From a virus (taxonomy: Duplodnaviria > Caudoviricetes): a stretch of 64,000 bases of DNA. A program made the position numbers and the translations under genes. The notes under the pieces are model-generated. The model saw nothing but the letters and a program-made list of their open reading frames with translations, did not search any database and was not told where the DNA came from. Shown here in pieces: positions 62,733 to 64,000 of this stretch. The stretch is from positions 157 through 64,156 of the IMG/VR virus record IMGVR_UViG_2832187548_000002; one strand, given 5' to 3'. Each line of letters opens with the position of its first letter. Position 1 is the stretch's first letter.

Positions 62733-62953
62733 AGCGGCAAGGAGTGCGCCTATAGCGGCAAATCAGGACGGCGGCAAGCGGCAATCTGCGCAATCTGCCT
62801 GTTTATGGTTTGAATTCTTCGCATGGCAGGCATTCACGCCTGAAGCGTTCCGCAATTCGACAGAAACGGCCTGAATTGCAAAGGCGCGTCGAAACAAAGA
62901 GTTAGGGAATAATCACGTTTCCACTCAGCCCCATTTTGCTCTAGTACCCGCCT

Positions 62954-64000
62954 ATGAATAGCATCGACAGCAACTCCGAAGAGACGTTTTTTGAGGCCAC
63001 AGAAGCCGGCGAGCGCATCGACCGCTTCCTGGCGCGCCAATGCCAGGCGGCCGATAGCAGGCCCGATCTGCAGCCCTTGTCGCGCACGCGCATCAAGGCC
63101 CTGATCGAGGCCGGTCATGCCAGTATCGACGGCCGGGCGGTGCTCGATGCCGGCCAGATCCTCAAGCCGGGGCAGCGGGTGGCGCTTCGGGTCCCGGAAC
63201 CCGAGCCTGCCGAACCGCAGGGCGAAGACATTCCCCTTGCCGTTGTGTATGAGGACGACGACCTCCTGGTCATCGACAAGCCGGTCGGCCTGGTGGTGCA
63301 TCCGGCCGCTGGCCATGAAAGCGGCACGCTGGTGAATGCGCTCATCGCCCATTGCGGTGATTCGCTGTCAGGCGTGGGCGGTGTGAGACGGCCCGGCATC
63401 GTGCATCGCCTCGACAAGGACACGTCGGGCCTGCTGGTGGTTGCCAAGAACGACAGGGCCCATCAGGGCCTGGCGGCCCAGTTTGCCGATCACGGCCGCA
63501 CGGGACCGCTGGAGCGGGCCTATCTCGCCTTCGTCTGGGGCGCCACGCGCCCGCACGGCACCATCGAGACCGGTATCGACCGCTCGACCCGCAATCGCGA
63601 GAAGATGGCCGTGGTGGCGCTCGGGCGCGGGCGGGAAGCCATTACCCATTATTCGCTGGTGGAAGCCCTGGGCAGTCAGGCCTCGGGCAACCATGGTGGC
63701 CAGCCGCTGGTCAGCCTGGTGGAATGCCGGCTGGAGACCGGCAGGACACACCAGATCCGCGTCCATATGGCCCATCTCGGCCATCCGCTGCTCGGCGATG
63801 CGGTCTATGGCAGCGGCTTCAAGACCAAGGCTGCCCTGCTGCCGGAGGTTCCACGCGCTGTGCTCGCCGGCCTTGGGCGGCAGGCGCTGCATGCCCGGCT
63901 GCTCGGTTTCGAGCATCCGGTCGATGGCAGGCATCTCGTGTTCGAAAGCCCGTTGCCTGCCGATCTCGCCGCCTTGGCCGAGGCCCTGCGCAGCGGTTAA
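62954..64000 (+). CDS. rluD: RluA-family 23S rRNA pseudouridine synthase (host)
   Basis: S4 domain; VIDKPVGLVVHP, GIVHRLDKDTSG, LETGRTHQIRVH. Confidence 0.9.
   Translation: MNSIDSNSEETFFEATEAGERIDRFLARQCQAADSRPDLQPLSRTRIKALIEAGHASIDGRAVLDAGQILKPGQRVALRVPEPEPAEPQGEDIPLAVVYEDDDLLVIDKPVGLVVHPAAGHESGTLVNALIAHCGDSLSGVGGVRRPGIVHRLDKDTSGLLVVAKNDRAHQGLAAQFADHGRTGPLERAYLAFVWGATRPHGTIETGIDRSTRNREKMAVVALGRGREAITHYSLVEALGSQASGNHGGQPLVSLVECRLETGRTHQIRVHMAHLGHPLLGDAVYGSGFKTKAALLPEVPRAVLAGLGRQALHARLLGFEHPVDGRHLVFESPLPADLAALAEALRSG

Overview
Almost the whole window (<1 to ~62.65 kb) is one apparently intact temperate prophage in a GC-rich alphaproteobacterium (Rhizobiales-like, judged from a GTTC-N7-GTTC LexA box and a CtrA-like gene). 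It sits at the 3' end of a host tRNA-Glu(CTC) at 62657-62732, followed by a host rluD-like gene. The left att site and the integrase N-terminus lie outside the window. Modules in order: integrase/Xis and small early genes (1-5.4 kb); a LexA-box gene divergent from an HTH gene (5.4-6.1 kb); lysis genes (6.3-8.9 kb); a P2-like contractile tail and baseplate (9.6-29 kb); a lambda-like head, terminase and cos (29-38 kb); a late regulator and an iteron-rich origin (38.9-40.1 kb); accessory genes including a beta-clamp paralog (40-46.5 kb); a phage tRNA(CAT) followed by ~1.2 kb of structured non-coding sequence (46.5-47.8 kb); primase-helicase, a PAPS-reductase-like gene, two DNA methyltransferases, SF2 helicase and HNH (47.8-57.7 kb); a cro/cI switch; and YqaJ/RecT recombination genes. 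The most notable observations are: (1) a candidate large modular ncRNA transcript downstream of the phage tRNA, punctuated by five copies of a conserved GCCC-N4-GGGC hairpin; (2) two independent dispersed palindromic operator families; (3) a repressor whose S24 autocleavage residues appear lost, alongside a LexA-controlled candidate antirepressor; (4) a nested out-of-frame ORF inside the C5 methyltransferase. All product calls come from visual motif recognition and gene order; no database search was run.
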